Positions 1 through 12,530 of a DNA stretch of 64,000 nt are shown piece after piece. Positions within the stretch are counted from its first letter, which is position 1; every line of letters starts with the position of its first letter. The stretch comes from Gammaproteobacteria bacterium (GTDB lineage: Bacteria > Pseudomonadota > Gammaproteobacteria > Poriferisulfidales > GCA-002705445), in NCBI GenBank assembly GCA_045561235.1, contig JBJKYB010000002.1, forward strand, positions 874,942 to 938,941, written 5' to 3'. Below the pieces are notes generated by a model. The model made no database searches. It was not told the origin of the DNA and worked only from the letters and a program-made list of their open reading frames with translations. The position numbers and the translations under genes were made by a program.

Positions 1-232
1 AAATGAAGCTCTTGTAGAGGCGTTGAAAACTGAAGATAAAGACTCTATTGAGAAATGTATAAAAGATCTTTCCGAGGCTTCGGCAAAAATGGCTGAGATG
101 ATGTATGCTGAGCAAGCTGCAAAAGCTCAAGAAAATACTGAATCTTCTGCAGACGGATCAAATGCAAACTCTGAAAATGACGCAGAAGTTGTTGATGCAG
201 AATACAAGGAAGTTAATAACGACAAGAAATAA
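1..232 (+). CDS. dnaK: Chaperone DnaK (Hsp70), C-terminal fragment; gene starts upstream of window
   Basis: Frame 2 reads ...EALVEALKTEDKDSIEK...AEVVDAEYKEVNNDKK*, the characteristic acidic/Ala-rich DnaK C-terminal tail; followed directly by dnaJ. Confidence 0.85.
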   Translation, partial: NEALVEALKTEDKDSIEKCIKDLSEASAKMAEMMYAEQAAKAQENTESSADGSNANSENDAEVVDAEYKEVNNDKK

Positions 233-253
233 TTAACGAGCGTAACTAGCGAT

Positions 254-1189
254 ATGGATTACTATGAGATTCTAGGTCTTAGTAAAGGTGCATCTGATGA
301 TGAAATTAAAAAAGCTTTTAAAAAAAAAGCTATGAAATTTCATCCTGACAGAACTGGCAACGATAAATCTGCTGAAACAAAATTTAAGGAAGCCAAAGAA
401 GCCTATGATGTTCTTTCGGATCCCCAAAAGAAATCTATGTATGACCAGTATGGAACTACAGATTTCGGTGGTGGTTTCGGTGGTGGTTTTGGTGGCCGCT
501 CTCAAGGAGGTTTTAATGCTTCCGGATTTGAAGATGTATTCGAGGATCTCTTTGGAGATATTTTTGGTGGTGGTCGAGCCAGAAACCCAAATCGAGCATA
601 TAAAGGTGCTGATTTAGAGTACCATCTTCAGTTAACTCTTGAAGAAGCAGCCTTTGGAATTGAAAAAGTTGTAAAATTCAGAACAAAAAATGAAGATAAA
701 GAAATATCAGTTTCAGTACCCGCTGGTGTTGACAACGGTGATCGCGTCCGTCTTTCTGGCAAAGGTGAGCCTGGTATTAATCAAGGGCCGCCGGGAGATC
801 TTTTTATAAGAGTCGTTTTGGAAAAACATTCGATATTTGAAAGAGATGGTAATAATTTATATTGCAATGTACCAATTTCTTTTGCAGAAGCTACTCTAGG
901 CGCTGAAATTGAAATCCCAACTCTTAGTAATAATAAAGTTTCAATTGATATTCCTCCAGGCACTCAAACTGGAAAATATTTTAGATTGAGAGGAAAAGGA
1001 ATAAAATCAGTTAGAGGAGGCAATATTGGAGATCTTATGTGTTCTGTTCAAATTGAAACACCCGTTAACTTATCTAATGAACAAAAAAATATACTATTAC
1101 AGTTTGAAGAGCAGCTGAAAAATAGTAATAAAAAACATAGCCCAAAATCAGAATCCTGGATTGACGGGTTAAAAAACTTCTTTAAATAG
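254..1189 (+). CDS. dnaJ: Co-chaperone DnaJ, unusual 311-aa form lacking the Cys-rich zinc-finger domain
   Basis: J-domain with HPD (KFHPDRT), G/F-rich region ([11 protein letters not shown]), C-terminal domains near-collinear with E. coli DnaJ ([33 protein letters not shown]...[16 protein letters not shown]); no CxxCxGxG repeats; position immediately 3' of dnaK. Confidence 0.9.
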   Translation: MDYYEILGLSKGASDDEIKKAFKKKAMKFHPDRTGNDKSAETKFKEAKEAYDVLSDPQKKSMYDQYGTTDFGGGFGGGFGGRSQGGFNASGFEDVFEDLFGDIFGGGRARNPNRAYKGADLEYHLQLTLEEAAFGIEKVVKFRTKNEDKEISVSVPAGVDNGDRVRLSGKGEPGINQGPPGDLFIRVVLEKHSIFERDGNNLYCNVPISFAEATLGAEIEIPTLSNNKVSIDIPPGTQTGKYFRLRGKGIKSVRGGNIGDLMCSVQIETPVNLSNEQKNILLQFEEQLKNSNKKHSPKSESWIDGLKNFFK

Positions 1190-1259
1190 AAATTTTCTTT
1201 TAGTGCTAACCAAACTCTATGTTAATATAATGTAATTTTAACATCTTAAAAAACTTACA

Positions 1260-1994
1260 ATGCCAATAAGCGTCTGCGTACCTGGAATTACAGGAAAAAT
1301 GGGAATGGAGATAGCAAATCTCGTATTATTAGATAATACTAATATAACATTATCATCTGGAACAGTCAGAGATAAAACAAATTTCAATAAGACATCATTA
1401 AGTTTTGACGAAAAAATTGTTACTTCAGATCTTGAATTTGCAATTAAAAGTTGTGATGTTTGTGTTGATTTTACGAGACCCGAATACACTATGAAAATTC
1501 TTGAAGAATGTGTAAAACAAAATAAGAAATTAGTTATAGGAACAACAGGATTATCAGATGCTCAAGTAAAAGAAATAGAGTCAGCAAGTAAAAAAATATC
1601 TATTTTAAAAGCTTCTAACATGAGTATCGGGATAAACTTGTGTTTAAAACTTGTTGAAAAAATAACTTCTTCAATAGGAGATCATTCTGATATAGATATA
1701 ATTGAGCATCATCATAAACATAAAGTTGATATGCCATCTGGAACCTCACTGGCATTTGAAAAGGTAATAAAAAATAATTTATCAGGTAAAAAAGATATTA
1801 ATCATCATTGTTTAAGAGTTGGTAATGTAGTAGGTGATCATATGATTAAATATACTTTAGAGAATGAGTCAATAGAAATTAATCATAAAAGTTTTGATAG
1901 AAAAATTTTTGCTGAGGGCGCAATTTTAGCTGTCAAATGGATTTCAAGTAAAAAAGACGGTTTGTATGATATGGGCGATGCACTTTCTTTATAA
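1260..1994 (+). CDS. dapB: 4-hydroxy-tetrahydrodipicolinate reductase
   Basis: DFTRPE, VIGTTG, IIEHHHKHKVDMPSGT motifs collinear with E. coli DapB; dapB-carAB synteny. Confidence 0.9.
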   Translation: MPISVCVPGITGKMGMEIANLVLLDNTNITLSSGTVRDKTNFNKTSLSFDEKIVTSDLEFAIKSCDVCVDFTRPEYTMKILEECVKQNKKLVIGTTGLSDAQVKEIESASKKISILKASNMSIGINLCLKLVEKITSSIGDHSDIDIIEHHHKHKVDMPSGTSLAFEKVIKNNLSGKKDINHHCLRVGNVVGDHMIKYTLENESIEINHKSFDRKIFAEGAILAVKWISSKKDGLYDMGDALSL

Positions 1995-2034
1995 AAGTTA
2001 AGTGTATTAATAAAATGATAAATAGGAAAAACTT

Positions 2035-3168
2035 TTGCAACAGGCAATTTTAATCTTAGAAAACGAAAAAATATTTTATGGTAAATCTGTAGGATACAAA
2101 AAAGACTCTTTTGGCGAAATAGTATTTAATACTGCAATGACTGGATACCAAGAAGTTATTTCTGACCCGTCCTACAAAAATCAAATCATTACATTTACCT
2201 ATCCACATATCGGAAATGTTGGAGTTAATCAAGAAGATCAAGAGTCGAATTCATCTTATGTTAGTGGATTAGTCTTAAGTGAAATTCCAACCGATCCATC
2301 AAACTGGAGATCGACAGAGGATTTTTCAACTTATTTAAAAACTAAGAAAATTGTTTGCATTGCAGAATTAGATACAAGATATATTACATCTTTGATAAGA
2401 AATAAAGGTGCAATGAGTGCTTGTATTATTCATAACAAAAAAGATATCAATAAAGCAAAAAAAGAATTAGCTGGTTACACAGGAGTAAGCGGCACTGAAT
2501 TAGCCTCTAAAGTTTCTATAAAGAAAAAATATGATTTTAAGGAAAATATATTTCAATATACTGAAAAATTACCGAGTAAAGATAAAAAGTTTAAGGTAAT
2601 TGCATATGATTTTGGTGTGAAAAAAAATATACTACGCATTTTAAATTCTATGAATTGTGAAGTAAAAGTCGTTCCTGCAAAAACAAAAGCTAATGAAATT
2701 TTATCTTATAATCCTGATGGGATATTTTTATCAAATGGTCCAGGAGATCCTGAACCATGTGAATTTGCAATTAAGTCCATACAATCTCTTTCTGAAAGTA
2801 AAATTCCAATATTTGGAATTTGCTTAGGTCATCAGTTGATCTCACTAGCAAGTGGTGCAAAAACAAAAAAAATGAAATATGGCCATCATGGAGCCAATCA
2901 TCCTGTTTTAGACTTAAAAACAGGAAAAGTAATGATTACAAGCCAGAATCATGGGTTTGTTGTTGATGAAAAAACTTTGCCAGATAATTACGAAATAACA
3001 CATAGATCTTTATTTGATAATACAATTCAGGGAATAAAACATAAAAAACTTCCTATATTTAGCTTTCAGGGGCATCCTGAAGCATGCCCTGGACCTCAAG
3101 ATGTGAATTATTTATTTAAGGACTTTATAAAATTTATGAAGAAGAATAGAAATGCCAAAAAGAAGTGA
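2035..3168 (+). CDS. carA: Carbamoyl-phosphate synthase small (glutamine amidotransferase) subunit
   Basis: N-terminus [18 protein letters not shown]...TYPHIGNVG and GATase Cys (GICLGHQL) match CarA; TTG start; overlaps carB by 17 nt. Confidence 0.92.
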   Translation: MQQAILILENEKIFYGKSVGYKKDSFGEIVFNTAMTGYQEVISDPSYKNQIITFTYPHIGNVGVNQEDQESNSSYVSGLVLSEIPTDPSNWRSTEDFSTYLKTKKIVCIAELDTRYITSLIRNKGAMSACIIHNKKDINKAKKELAGYTGVSGTELASKVSIKKKYDFKENIFQYTEKLPSKDKKFKVIAYDFGVKKNILRILNSMNCEVKVVPAKTKANEILSYNPDGIFLSNGPGDPEPCEFAIKSIQSLSESKIPIFGICLGHQLISLASGAKTKKMKYGHHGANHPVLDLKTGKVMITSQNHGFVVDEKTLPDNYEITHRSLFDNTIQGIKHKKLPIFSFQGHPEACPGPQDVNYLFKDFIKFMKKNRNAKKK

Positions 3169-6100
3169 TATAAAAAAAATATTAATTTTAGGAGCAGGAC
3201 CAATAGTTATTGGGCAAGCCTGTGAATTCGATTATTCCGGTGTACAAGCTTGTAAGGCTTTAAAAGAAGAAGGTTATTCAGTAGTTCTTGTAAATTCAAA
3301 TGTAGCTACAATTATGACTGACCCTGAAATGGCTGACGCAACTTATATTGAACCTATTAACTATAAGATTGTTGAAAAAATTATAAAAATTGAAAAGCCT
3401 GATGCAATTTTGCCTACAATGGGAGGGCAGACTGCATTAAATTGCGCTTTAGATTTAGATAGATTAGGTATCTTAAAAAAATATAAAGTAGAGATGATTG
3501 GTGCATCAAAAAAAGCAATTGATTTGGCCGAAGATAGAGCTCAATTTAAACAAGCTATGAAAGAAATAAATTTAGACTCTGCAAAATCTTTTATTGTGCA
3601 CAATATTGATCAAGCAATAGAAAAGCAAAAAGAAATAGGATTTCCAGTAATTATTAGACCATCCTTTACCTTAGGAGGTAGCGGTGGTGGTATAGCTTAT
3701 AATATGGAAGAATTTGTTGAAATTTCAACAAGAGGGCTTGATGTTTCTCCCACCACAGAAATTTTATTAGAAGAATCCTTATTAGGATGGAAAGAGTACG
3801 AAATGGAGGTTGTAAGAGATTCTAAAGACAATTGTATTATTATCTGCTCAATAGAAAATTTTGATCCCATGGGAGTTCATACTGGTGATTCAATAACAGT
3901 TGCTCCTGCACAAACATTAACAGATAAGGAGTACCAGATAATGAGAAATGCATCTATCTTAATCTTGAGAAAGATTGGAGTAGATACTGGAGGTTCAAAT
4001 GTTCAATTTGCAGTGAATCCCAAAAATGGGAAGTTAGTTGTTATAGAAATGAATCCTAGAGTATCTAGATCTTCCGCTTTAGCATCAAAAGCTACCGGAT
4101 TCCCTATAGCAAAAGTAGCAGCAAAACTTGCTGTAGGATACTCACTCGACGAACTTCACAATGAAATAACAGGAGGTGCAACACCAGCATCGTTTGAGCC
4201 TACTATCGATTATGTAGTTACAAAGATTCCAAGATTTGCTTTTGAAAAATTTCCAGATGCAAATAATAGGCTAACAACACAGATGAAATCTGTTGGAGAA
4301 GTTATGTCTATAGGAAGAAACTTCCAGGAATCATTACAGAAGGCACTTTCAAGTTTAGAACTTGATATAAATGGACTTGATGATATTGATGGATTTAAAC
4401 AACTAGATATTTCTAATTTTGAATATGAGTTAAAAGAACCGGGGCCAAGCAGAATCCTTTTTGTTGCTGAAGCATTTCGAAAAGGTTATTCAGTAAATGA
4501 AGTGTATGAAATATCAAGTATAGATCCTTGGTTTCTAAATCAAATTTTAATTTTAGTTGAAATAGAAAAAGAAATAGCCAATAAAAAAATAAATAATATT
4601 TCTTCAAAAGAACTATTATTTTATAAAAAAAAGGGTTTTACAGATTTAAAAATTGCCTCTTTAATGAACACAACACAGCATAAAGTAAGAAAAAAAAGAG
4701 AAAATAGCGGAATAAAGCCGGTCTATAAGAGAGTCGATACATGCGCAGCTGAATTTCCAACAACAACTTCATATTTGTATTCTACATATGAACAGTTTTG
4801 CGAATCACTACCAACAAACAATAAAAAGATTATTGTAATTGGCAGTGGACCAAATAGAATTGGACAGGGAATTGAATTTGATTATTGTTGTGTTCATGCG
4901 TCAAAAGCAGCTCAAGAGTTAGGTTACGAGACCATAATGATAAATTGCAATCCTGAAACTGTATCCACTGATTTTGATACATCCGATAGATTATATTTTG
5001 AACCAATCACATTAGAGAGTGTGTTAAATATAGTTGATATAGAAAAACCTGACGGCGTAATTGTCCAATATGGAGGACAAACACCACTAAAATTAGTTAA
5101 CGACTTAGCTAAGTTTGGAGTTCCTGTGATAGGGACCTCTTCTGAATCAATAGATGCTGCAGAGGATAGAGAGAAATTTAAAAATATTTTAAAAAAAATT
5201 AATGTGCTTCAGCCGGCAAATAGTACAGCAAGAAACAAGAAACAAGCATTAGAAGAAGCAGATAAGATTGGATATCCGATTATTGTTAGGCCATCTTATG
5301 TTTTAGGTGGAAGAGCTATGGAAGTGATATATGACTCTGAAGAACTGAAAAAATATATAAATGAAGCAGTCAAAGTTTCAAATGATGCGCCTGTGTTAAT
5401 AGATAAATTTTTAAATGAAGCTATAGAGATTGATGTTGATGCGGTTAGAGATCTTGAAGGTGAAGTTTTTATAGCAGGAGTAATGCAACATATTGAGGAA
5501 GCTGGAGTACATTCTGGAGATTCTGCATGTTCAATTCCAACATATTCAATTAGTAAATCACAAATAAATATAATAAAAGAAAATACAGTAAAAATGGCAA
5601 ATGAATTAAATGTTAAAGGTTTAATGAATGTTCAGTTTGCAATCAAAAATAATAAAATCTTTGTTATAGAAGTAAATCCGAGGGCATCAAGAACAATACC
5701 GTTTGTTTCAAAATCAATTGGTATATCTGTAGCTAAAATTGCTGCAAAATGTATGCTTGGAGTAAGTATTAAGCAGCAAAAACTTCCAAAAAATATTAAA
5801 TATAATTTTTGTTATGTTAAAGAAGTTGTATTTCCTTTTTTAAAGTTTCCGGGAGTAGATCCAATATTAGGCCCGGAAATGAAATCAACGGGAGAAGTAA
5901 TGGGGATTGGAAAGAATTTTGGCGAAGCTTTTGCAAAATCACAGATAGCAACAAATGTAGTTATTCCAGAAAAGGGGACCGCCTTTATAAGTGTCAAAGA
6001 TGAAGATAAAAAAAATATCATGCAAGTTGTTGAGAAACTTTTAAAGTTAGGGTTTAATTTGGCAGCAACTCATGGGACGCAAAATTTTTTAAAAGCAAAT

Positions 6101-6367
6101 AAAATTAAATGTCAAAGAGTTAATAAAGTAAGAGAAGGAAGAACTCACATAGTAGATATGATTAAAAATAATCAAATTGATTTGATCATAAATACAACGC
6201 AATCAAAACAAGCTATAAAAGATTCATATCTTATTAGACGCGAAGCACTAAATTATAAAGTTTGTTACACGACAACTATCGCTGCAGCAAATGCGCTAGT
6301 TAGCGCCATAGATTATTCTGAAAATTTAGATGTATATAAGTTACAGGATATTTTTAAGCTTGCGTAA
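3152..6367 (+). CDS. carB: Carbamoyl-phosphate synthase large subunit
   Basis: 1071 aa with two ATP-grasp halves ([21 protein letters not shown]... and [21 protein letters not shown]...) and C-terminal MGS-like domain. Confidence 0.95.
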   Translation: MPKRSDIKKILILGAGPIVIGQACEFDYSGVQACKALKEEGYSVVLVNSNVATIMTDPEMADATYIEPINYKIVEKIIKIEKPDAILPTMGGQTALNCALDLDRLGILKKYKVEMIGASKKAIDLAEDRAQFKQAMKEINLDSAKSFIVHNIDQAIEKQKEIGFPVIIRPSFTLGGSGGGIAYNMEEFVEISTRGLDVSPTTEILLEESLLGWKEYEMEVVRDSKDNCIIICSIENFDPMGVHTGDSITVAPAQTLTDKEYQIMRNASILILRKIGVDTGGSNVQFAVNPKNGKLVVIEMNPRVSRSSALASKATGFPIAKVAAKLAVGYSLDELHNEITGGATPASFEPTIDYVVTKIPRFAFEKFPDANNRLTTQMKSVGEVMSIGRNFQESLQKALSSLELDINGLDDIDGFKQLDISNFEYELKEPGPSRILFVAEAFRKGYSVNEVYEISSIDPWFLNQILILVEIEKEIANKKINNISSKELLFYKKKGFTDLKIASLMNTTQHKVRKKRENSGIKPVYKRVDTCAAEFPTTTSYLYSTYEQFCESLPTNNKKIIVIGSGPNRIGQGIEFDYCCVHASKAAQELGYETIMINCNPETVSTDFDTSDRLYFEPITLESVLNIVDIEKPDGVIVQYGGQTPLKLVNDLAKFGVPVIGTSSESIDAAEDREKFKNILKKINVLQPANSTARNKKQALEEADKIGYPIIVRPSYVLGGRAMEVIYDSEELKKYINEAVKVSNDAPVLIDKFLNEAIEIDVDAVRDLEGEVFIAGVMQHIEEAGVHSGDSACSIPTYSISKSQINIIKENTVKMANELNVKGLMNVQFAIKNNKIFVIEVNPRASRTIPFVSKSIGISVAKIAAKCMLGVSIKQQKLPKNIKYNFCYVKEVVFPFLKFPGVDPILGPEMKSTGEVMGIGKNFGEAFAKSQIATNVVIPEKGTAFISVKDEDKKNIMQVVEKLLKLGFNLAATHGTQNFLKANKIKCQRVNKVREGRTHIVDMIKNNQIDLIINTTQSKQAIKDSYLIRREALNYKVCYTTTIAAANALVSAIDYSENLDVYKLQDIFKLA

Positions 6368-6394
6368 AAATCTTATCAACTTCATAATTAACTT

Positions 6395-6868
6395 ATGGAT
6401 AAGTTTCCTATAACCATAAGTGGTGAAAAAAAGCTTAGAGACGAACTTAATAATCTTACAAATACTGAAAGACCAAGAATTATTGATGCCATTTCTGTAG
6501 CAAGAGAGCATGGCGATTTGAAAGAGAACGCCGAATATCATGCTGCGCGTGAACAACAAAGTTTTATTGAAGGAAGAATTAAAGATATCAAATTAAAACT
6601 TTCAAATGCGGAAATTGTTGACCCTAAAAAAATTACTACAAATAAAGTTGTATTTAGTGCAAAAGTAAAACTTTACGATTTTGAAGATGAAAAAGAAATA
6701 ACCTATACAATAGTGGGAGATGATGAGGCCGATATAAAAAGTGATATGGTCTCGATAAATTCTCCTGTAGCTCGCTCATTAATTGGCAAGGAAGTGGGAG
6801 ATATAGCTTCTGTAAAAACCCCAAGTGGTGATAAGGAATTTGAGATATTAAATATATTCTATGGGTAA
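6395..6868 (+). CDS. greA: Transcription elongation factor GreA
   Basis: [29 protein letters not shown] and [13 protein letters not shown] nearly identical to E. coli GreA. Confidence 0.93.
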   Translation: MDKFPITISGEKKLRDELNNLTNTERPRIIDAISVAREHGDLKENAEYHAAREQQSFIEGRIKDIKLKLSNAEIVDPKKITTNKVVFSAKVKLYDFEDEKEITYTIVGDDEADIKSDMVSINSPVARSLIGKEVGDIASVKTPSGDKEFEILNIFYG

Positions 6869-7472
6869 AAAAACAAATAATTGGTATAAAAGTCATATTA
6901 ATGACGAGTTTGTTAAGCTTGCAAATAAAGAAAACTGGCGCTCAAGAGCAGTATATAAATTAAAAGAAATTGATGAAAAATATGATCTGATTTCTTCAAA
7001 TTCAAAAATACTGGATCTTGGTAGTTCTCCAGGAGGTTGGAGTCAGTACGCGTCAAGAAAACATAAAAATATAACTATCACCGCTGTAGATCTATTAAAA
7101 ATGGAAAATATTGAAAATGTTAATTTTGTACAGTCAGATATTGAGGATTTTGGTAAAAATTACCTAAAAAACGGTTGTTTTGATAAAATTGACCTTGTAA
7201 TGTCAGATATTGCCCCTAATATAAGTGGTATAGATAGTGCTGATGTGCCAGCAATATTGAGTTTAGCAGAAATTGTGACAGATATTGCTTTAGGTAGTTT
7301 AAATGAATCAGGAAATTTGCTAATAAAGTTGTTTCAAGGAAAAGGTACTGACGAATATATAAAAGAAACAAAACAATTTTTTAAAAAGGTAAGAATTATT
7401 AAACCAAAAGCTTCAAGATCAAATAGTAGGGAAATATATATGTTGGCTTCAACACTTAGATTAAATGGATAA
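6861..7472 (+). CDS. rlmE: 23S rRNA (U2552-2'-O)-methyltransferase RlmE/FtsJ
   Basis: [12 protein letters not shown]...[14 protein letters not shown] and [13 protein letters not shown] motifs; immediately 5' of ftsH as in E. coli. Confidence 0.92.
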   Translation: MGKKTNNWYKSHINDEFVKLANKENWRSRAVYKLKEIDEKYDLISSNSKILDLGSSPGGWSQYASRKHKNITITAVDLLKMENIENVNFVQSDIEDFGKNYLKNGCFDKIDLVMSDIAPNISGIDSADVPAILSLAEIVTDIALGSLNESGNLLIKLFQGKGTDEYIKETKQFFKKVRIIKPKASRSNSREIYMLASTLRLNG

Positions 7473-7487
7473 CTTAGGATAAAGATT

Positions 7488-9404
7488 ATGAATGATATGT
7501 TAAAAAATATGTTGGTATGGATTGTTATAGCTGTAGTAATAATGTCGGTCTTTAATAACTTTGTACCGCAACAAGAAAGCTCAACTAATCTTTCGTATTC
7601 TGAATTCATAAATCAAGTAAAAAATGATCAAATTGAAAGTGTATTAATTGAAGCTGATGGAAAAACAATATCGGGCACCTATAAAAATGGCACAACATTT
7701 TTAACATATGGTTTAAATGACCCAAAACTTGTAGACGATCTTTTGGTTAATAATATTGAAATTTTAACCGAACCTCCTGCTAAACCATCATTGTTTTTAC
7801 AGATACTAATTCAATGGTTCCCAATGTTGCTCTTAATTGGAGTGTGGTTATTTTTTATGAGACAAATGCAAGGTGGCTCTGGTGGTAAAGGAGCGATGTC
7901 ATTTGGTAAGAGCAAAGCCAAGATGATGACAGAAGATCAAAATAAAGTTACCTTTGCTGACGTAGCTGGAGTCGAAGAAGCAAAAGAAGAAGTAGAAGAA
8001 CTTGTAGATTTTTTAAAGGACCCTTCGAAATTTCAAAAGTTAGGCGGAAAAATTCCTAAGGGTGTTTTAATGGTTGGCTCCCCGGGTACAGGTAAAACAT
8101 TGTTAGCAAGAGCAATTGCTGGTGAAGCAAAAGTTCCATTTTTTACCATCTCGGGATCTGATTTCGTAGAGATGTTTGTCGGAGTTGGTGCATCTCGAGT
8201 TAGAGATATGTTTGCGCAAGCAACAAAACATGCACCATGTATAATATTTATTGATGAGATTGATGCTGTTGGGAGACATAGAGGTGCTGGTCTTGGTGGA
8301 GGTCATGATGAAAGAGAACAAACCTTAAACCAATTATTAGTTGAGATGGATGGTTTTGAAGGTCATGAAGGAACTATAGTTATAGCCGCAACGAACAGGC
8401 CCGATGTTTTGGATCCCGCTCTTCTTCGTCCAGGAAGATTTGATAGACAAGTTGTGGTTCCTCTTCCAGATATTAGAGGAAGAGAGCAAATTTTAAAAGT
8501 TCATATGAGAAAAGTACCTATTGCTGATGATGTCGTTCCATCAATTATTGCAAGAGGAACACCAGGTTTTTCAGGAGCAGATTTAGCTAATCTTGTTAAT
8601 GAAGCAGCACTGTTCTCTGCTAGAGCAAATAATAGCAAAGTAGGAATGAATGAGTTTGAACTTGCTAAAGATAAAATTATGATGGGAGCGGAAAGAAAGT
8701 CAATGGTAATGAGCGAAGAAGAAAAGAAGCTGACAGCCTACCATGAATCAGGTCATGCAATAGTTGGAAGGCTTGTTCCTGAACATGACCCTGTTCATAA
8801 AGTAACAATTATCCCTAGAGGAAGGGCTCTAGGAGTTACAATGTTCCTTCCAGAAGACGATAGATATAGCAATAACAAGCAGCGCTTAGAAAGTCAGATT
8901 TGTACCTTATACGGAGGTAGGATTGCAGAAGAGTTAATTTATGGAAAAGACAAAGTAACAACTGGAGCGTCTAATGATATCGAAAGAGCTACAGAGATTG
9001 CTAAAAATATGGTCACTAAATGGGGTTTGTCTGAAAAAATGGGGCCTATGTCTTATTCGGATGAAGAAGGAGAAGTTTTTCTTGGTAGATCTGTAACACA
9101 AACAAAAACAATGTCAGACGATACTGCAAATGATATTGATTCTGAAGTTAGGCTGTTAGTTGATAAATCATATGCTACAGCAACAAAAATGATTAAAGAT
9201 AATATGGATAAGCTTCACGCTATGTCAGAAGCACTTATGACATATGAAACTATAGATAAAGACCAAATTGATGATATTATGGCTGGAATAAAACCTCGCC
9301 CACCAAAAGGATGGGATGACAAAAACGATGATGATAATAAATCCTCTTCTAACAGCAGTGATATCAAAGAATCAGGTTTTTCTGATCCGGCAAGTAATCA
9401 CTAA
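7488..9404 (+). CDS. ftsH: ATP-dependent zinc metalloprotease FtsH
   Basis: N-terminal TM segments, AAA Walker A (GSPGTGKT), SRH region, HEXGH zinc site ([10 protein letters not shown]). Confidence 0.96.
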   Translation: MNDMLKNMLVWIVIAVVIMSVFNNFVPQQESSTNLSYSEFINQVKNDQIESVLIEADGKTISGTYKNGTTFLTYGLNDPKLVDDLLVNNIEILTEPPAKPSLFLQILIQWFPMLLLIGVWLFFMRQMQGGSGGKGAMSFGKSKAKMMTEDQNKVTFADVAGVEEAKEEVEELVDFLKDPSKFQKLGGKIPKGVLMVGSPGTGKTLLARAIAGEAKVPFFTISGSDFVEMFVGVGASRVRDMFAQATKHAPCIIFIDEIDAVGRHRGAGLGGGHDEREQTLNQLLVEMDGFEGHEGTIVIAATNRPDVLDPALLRPGRFDRQVVVPLPDIRGREQILKVHMRKVPIADDVVPSIIARGTPGFSGADLANLVNEAALFSARANNSKVGMNEFELAKDKIMMGAERKSMVMSEEEKKLTAYHESGHAIVGRLVPEHDPVHKVTIIPRGRALGVTMFLPEDDRYSNNKQRLESQICTLYGGRIAEELIYGKDKVTTGASNDIERATEIAKNMVTKWGLSEKMGPMSYSDEEGEVFLGRSVTQTKTMSDDTANDIDSEVRLLVDKSYATATKMIKDNMDKLHAMSEALMTYETIDKDQIDDIMAGIKPRPPKGWDDKNDDDNKSSSNSSDIKESGFSDPASNH

Positions 9405-9412
9405 AAAAAATA

Positions 9413-10765
9413 ATGTCTAAGAAGTATTTTGGTACTGATGGAATTCGTGGGGAATTCGGCAGTGAACCTTTGACTGAAAATTTTTTCTTGCTTCTTGGAG
9501 CAGCAATAGCTAAATCACTTCTCAAATCTAATAACGATTCTAGAAAAAAAATAGTATTTGGCTGTGATACAAGAGAATCATCTAACAAAATAATTGATTT
9601 AATTTCTGTGGGACTAAGCTCTGAAAACTGTATCATTCATAATGCAGGAATAATATCAACTCCAGCAATAGCTTTTTACACTAGGAAAAATAATTATGAT
9701 CTCGGTATTGTGGTAAGCGCTTCACATAACCTATATCAAGACAATGGAATAAAAATATTTAATAAAAATGGATATAAGATTAGCCTTGAAGATGAAAATT
9801 ACATTGAAAATTATATCGAGAAACTAGTTAATGAAAATTATATCTGTAATAACAATTATAATTTAGTTGACATATCTAAAGATATTAAAAAAGAATATAT
9901 TGACTCGTGTTTGAAGACTGTAAGTTTAAATAAAAATACAAATAATAATATAAGATTGACATTAGATTTGGCTAATGGTGCAAACTATGAAGTCGGAAAA
10001 GAAGTTTTTATCAAAGCAGGTTATCAAGTAAATTGTTATAACGACAAACCGAATGGAAAAAATATCAATGAAAAGTGTGGATCAACATATCTGAAAAATT
10101 TACCAGATCAAATTAGTAAGGATCACTCAATGTATGGAATTTCTATGGATGGAGATGGAGATAGGATTATTATTATAGATGAAAATAATAATTTTTTAGA
10201 TGGTGATGATATTTTGTATACGATTATTCGAGGAAAAATCATTAATCAAGAAAAAATTTCTGGAATTGTTGGAACAACCATGACTAATTGTGCATTAGAA
10301 AATTATTTGAAAACAGTGGGTATTAAATTTATAAGGGCTGACGTAGGAGATAAATACGTTCTTAACGAGCTTAAAAAAAATGATTATGAGTTAGGCGGAG
10401 AAACCTCAGGACATATTTTAATGTTAAATCATGCAACTTCTGGAGATTCAATTATAGCAGCATTACAATTTTTATTTTATTCTGATATTCTTATCAAAAA
10501 TAATAAAAATAGTCTATTGGAAAAATATCCACAAAAAATTACAAATATATTTTTCAAGCAAAATCTACCAGAAAATATTATTAATATTGTAATAAAAGAG
10601 GCTTCAGATAAATTTTCTTATAACGAATTAAGATTGATAATTAGAAAGTCTGGGACAGAAAATTGTATAAGAATTATGTTAGAAGCTAAAGATAAAAAAA
10701 TTGTTGAAGAAATGAGTAAAAAAATTAAAGATTATATTGAAGATAAGTTAAAGAATTTATTATGA
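9413..10765 (+). CDS. glmM: Phosphoglucosamine mutase
   Basis: YFGTDGIRGEFG N-terminus, phosphoserine loop SASHNLYQDNGIK, GDGDR metal-binding motif. Confidence 0.92.
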   Translation: MSKKYFGTDGIRGEFGSEPLTENFFLLLGAAIAKSLLKSNNDSRKKIVFGCDTRESSNKIIDLISVGLSSENCIIHNAGIISTPAIAFYTRKNNYDLGIVVSASHNLYQDNGIKIFNKNGYKISLEDENYIENYIEKLVNENYICNNNYNLVDISKDIKKEYIDSCLKTVSLNKNTNNNIRLTLDLANGANYEVGKEVFIKAGYQVNCYNDKPNGKNINEKCGSTYLKNLPDQISKDHSMYGISMDGDGDRIIIIDENNNFLDGDDILYTIIRGKIINQEKISGIVGTTMTNCALENYLKTVGIKFIRADVGDKYVLNELKKNDYELGGETSGHILMLNHATSGDSIIAALQFLFYSDILIKNNKNSLLEKYPQKITNIFFKQNLPENIINIVIKEASDKFSYNELRLIIRKSGTENCIRIMLEAKDKKIVEEMSKKIKDYIEDKLKNLL

Positions 10766-11508
10766 ACAAAATTATCGCTGGGAATTGGAAAAATAATGGG
10801 AATATAGAATTTATAAAAAATTATTTTGATTTTTTTCTTAAGAATAAAAATTCTAATAATCAAATAATTTTATTTCCGCCAGATCTATATATTAGTCAAG
10901 TTCATAGCTATAAAGTTGAGAAAAATTTTTCAGTTGGTGGGCAGAGAATAAATTCTGACGGGGGTAGCACTCATACAAGCGGAACAACCAGTGAAATGTT
11001 TTTGGATAATGGATGTGACTATATTTTAATTGGGCATTCAGAAATTAGAAATTTGTCAGATCAATATACATATAGTGCAGCAAACGATTTGTATAACTCT
11101 AATGGATTGCAAGCTATTTTTTGTGTTGGCGAGAACGAAGATTCAAAAAAAAGTGGTAATACTTGTGATGTCCTAAAAAAACAACTTGAAGATTTATGTT
11201 GTAAAGATAATTATCCTGTAATTAGCTCAAAAAAAGCTATCATTGCCTATGAACCCGTATGGGCAATAGGGACTGGTAATACTCCAACAATAGATAACAT
11301 TTCTCACATACATAGATTTATCAAAACTTATGTTTCAGAAAATCACCCTTTTGCAAAAGAAAAAGATATAATGGTTCTTTACGGAGGTAGTGTAAATTCA
11401 AAAAATGCGAACGATATACTTTCTGCTCCGAATGTTGATGGAGTTTTGATTGGGGGTGCTTCGTTAGATGTTAAAGAGTTTACCACAATATGTAATTTAA
11501 AAATTTAA
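10762..11508 (+). CDS. tpiA: Triosephosphate isomerase
   Basis: AGNWKNNG start, IGHSEIR, AYEPVWAIGTG, YGGSVN motifs; glmM-tpiA-secG order as in Pseudomonas. Confidence 0.92.
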   Translation: MNKIIAGNWKNNGNIEFIKNYFDFFLKNKNSNNQIILFPPDLYISQVHSYKVEKNFSVGGQRINSDGGSTHTSGTTSEMFLDNGCDYILIGHSEIRNLSDQYTYSAANDLYNSNGLQAIFCVGENEDSKKSGNTCDVLKKQLEDLCCKDNYPVISSKKAIIAYEPVWAIGTGNTPTIDNISHIHRFIKTYVSENHPFAKEKDIMVLYGGSVNSKNANDILSAPNVDGVLIGGASLDVKEFTTICNLKI

Positions 11509-11517
11509 GGAAAATAT

Positions 11518-11874
11518 ATGATTTATACAATTTTATTAGTAGTTGCAGTAATCTTATCAATATTGATAATATTTTTTATATTAATGCAACAAGGCAAGGG
11601 GGATGCTAGCGGAATGTTTGGTGGTGGATCTTCTGGTGCAGTTTTTGGAGCATCCGGAGCTGGAAATTTCATTACAAAACTAACTACTTTTTTAGTTGTT
11701 CTATTTTTTTTAAACTGTTTAGCATTAGCATATTTAGCTAAAAGTAAAGTTTCAGAGAGTGATAGTGTTATTATTCAAAATAACTCTTCCGATGTTGAAG
11801 ATGAAGTTTTAGATGATAATAATAAATCTAACTCAACAGACAGCTCGCAAGATGATTTAGTTATTCCTGACTAA
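11518..11874 (+). CDS. secG: Preprotein translocase subunit SecG
   Basis: TM1 followed by QQGKGDASGMFGGGSSG glycine-rich loop typical of SecG; followed by tRNA-Leu as in E. coli secG-leuU. Confidence 0.9.
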   Translation: MIYTILLVVAVILSILIIFFILMQQGKGDASGMFGGGSSGAVFGASGAGNFITKLTTFLVVLFFLNCLALAYLAKSKVSESDSVIIQNNSSDVEDEVLDDNNKSNSTDSSQDDLVIPD

Positions 11875-11887
11875 TTAATTTGAACAT

Positions 11888-11972
11888 GCCGATGTGGTGG
11901 AATTGGTAGACACGCTGTCTTGAGGGGGCAGTGGCGAAAGCTGTGCCGGTTCGACTCCGGCCATCGGCACCA
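11888..11972 (+). tRNA. tRNA-Leu (anticodon GAG), type II with long variable arm, CCA encoded
   Basis: GCCGATGTGGTGGAATTGGTAGACAC...CTTGAGG... folds into cloverleaf; near-identical to E. coli leuU; anticodon loop CTTGAGG. Confidence 0.9.
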
Positions 11973-12170
11973 GAAAAGCTTCTTTATAGGCTTTGTATAT
12001 ACTCCCATAAAATATTTTTCACTTTAAACTATTGTAATATTTAAATAATATGTTGTAATTTTACTTAGAACTAAATGGAAATATATTATGTTAAATTAAG
12101 TAAAATTATTTTATATTTTTTTATTTCTCAGATATCATTGTTTTTTGTGACACAAGGGCGTATTAATATT

Positions 12171-12527
12171 ATGTTAAATAACTATTTTCCAATTTTATTA
12201 TTCATTATTGTCAGTATTATCATAGGTGCATTACCTATAATCGCTTCAAGAATAATAAATAAAGGTGAAAAAAATAAAGCCAAGAGCTCAGCTTATGAAT
12301 GTGGCTTTGAAAACTTTAGTGATGCTCGTATGAAATTTGATATTAGGTTTTATCTAGTAGCAATTCTATTTATTATTTTTGATTTAGAAATTGCATTCTT
12401 ATTTCCGTGGGCAGTTGCTTTAGATAGTCTAGGATTTAACGGTTTAATAGCAATGAGTATTTTTTTGATAGTTTTAGTTATAGGTTTTATATATGAGTGG
12501 AAAAAAGGAGCCCTAAACTGGGATTAA
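12171..12527 (+). CDS. nuoA: NADH-quinone oxidoreductase subunit A (start chosen at internal ATG; ORF track extends to 12075)
   Basis: 3-TM protein with conserved [25 protein letters not shown] motif; 119 aa from ATG 12171 matches typical NuoA length. Confidence 0.85.
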   Translation: MLNNYFPILLFIIVSIIIGALPIIASRIINKGEKNKAKSSAYECGFENFSDARMKFDIRFYLVAILFIIFDLEIAFLFPWAVALDSLGFNGLIAMSIFLIVLVIGFIYEWKKGALNWD

Positions 12528-12530
12528 GTT

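Noticed and set aside
12075-12170. 32-codon 5' extension of nuoA in the ORF track
   Set aside because: The extension ([16 protein letters not shown]...) lies in AT-rich promoter-like sequence and would make NuoA atypically long. The internal ATG at 12171 gives a standard 119-aa NuoA.
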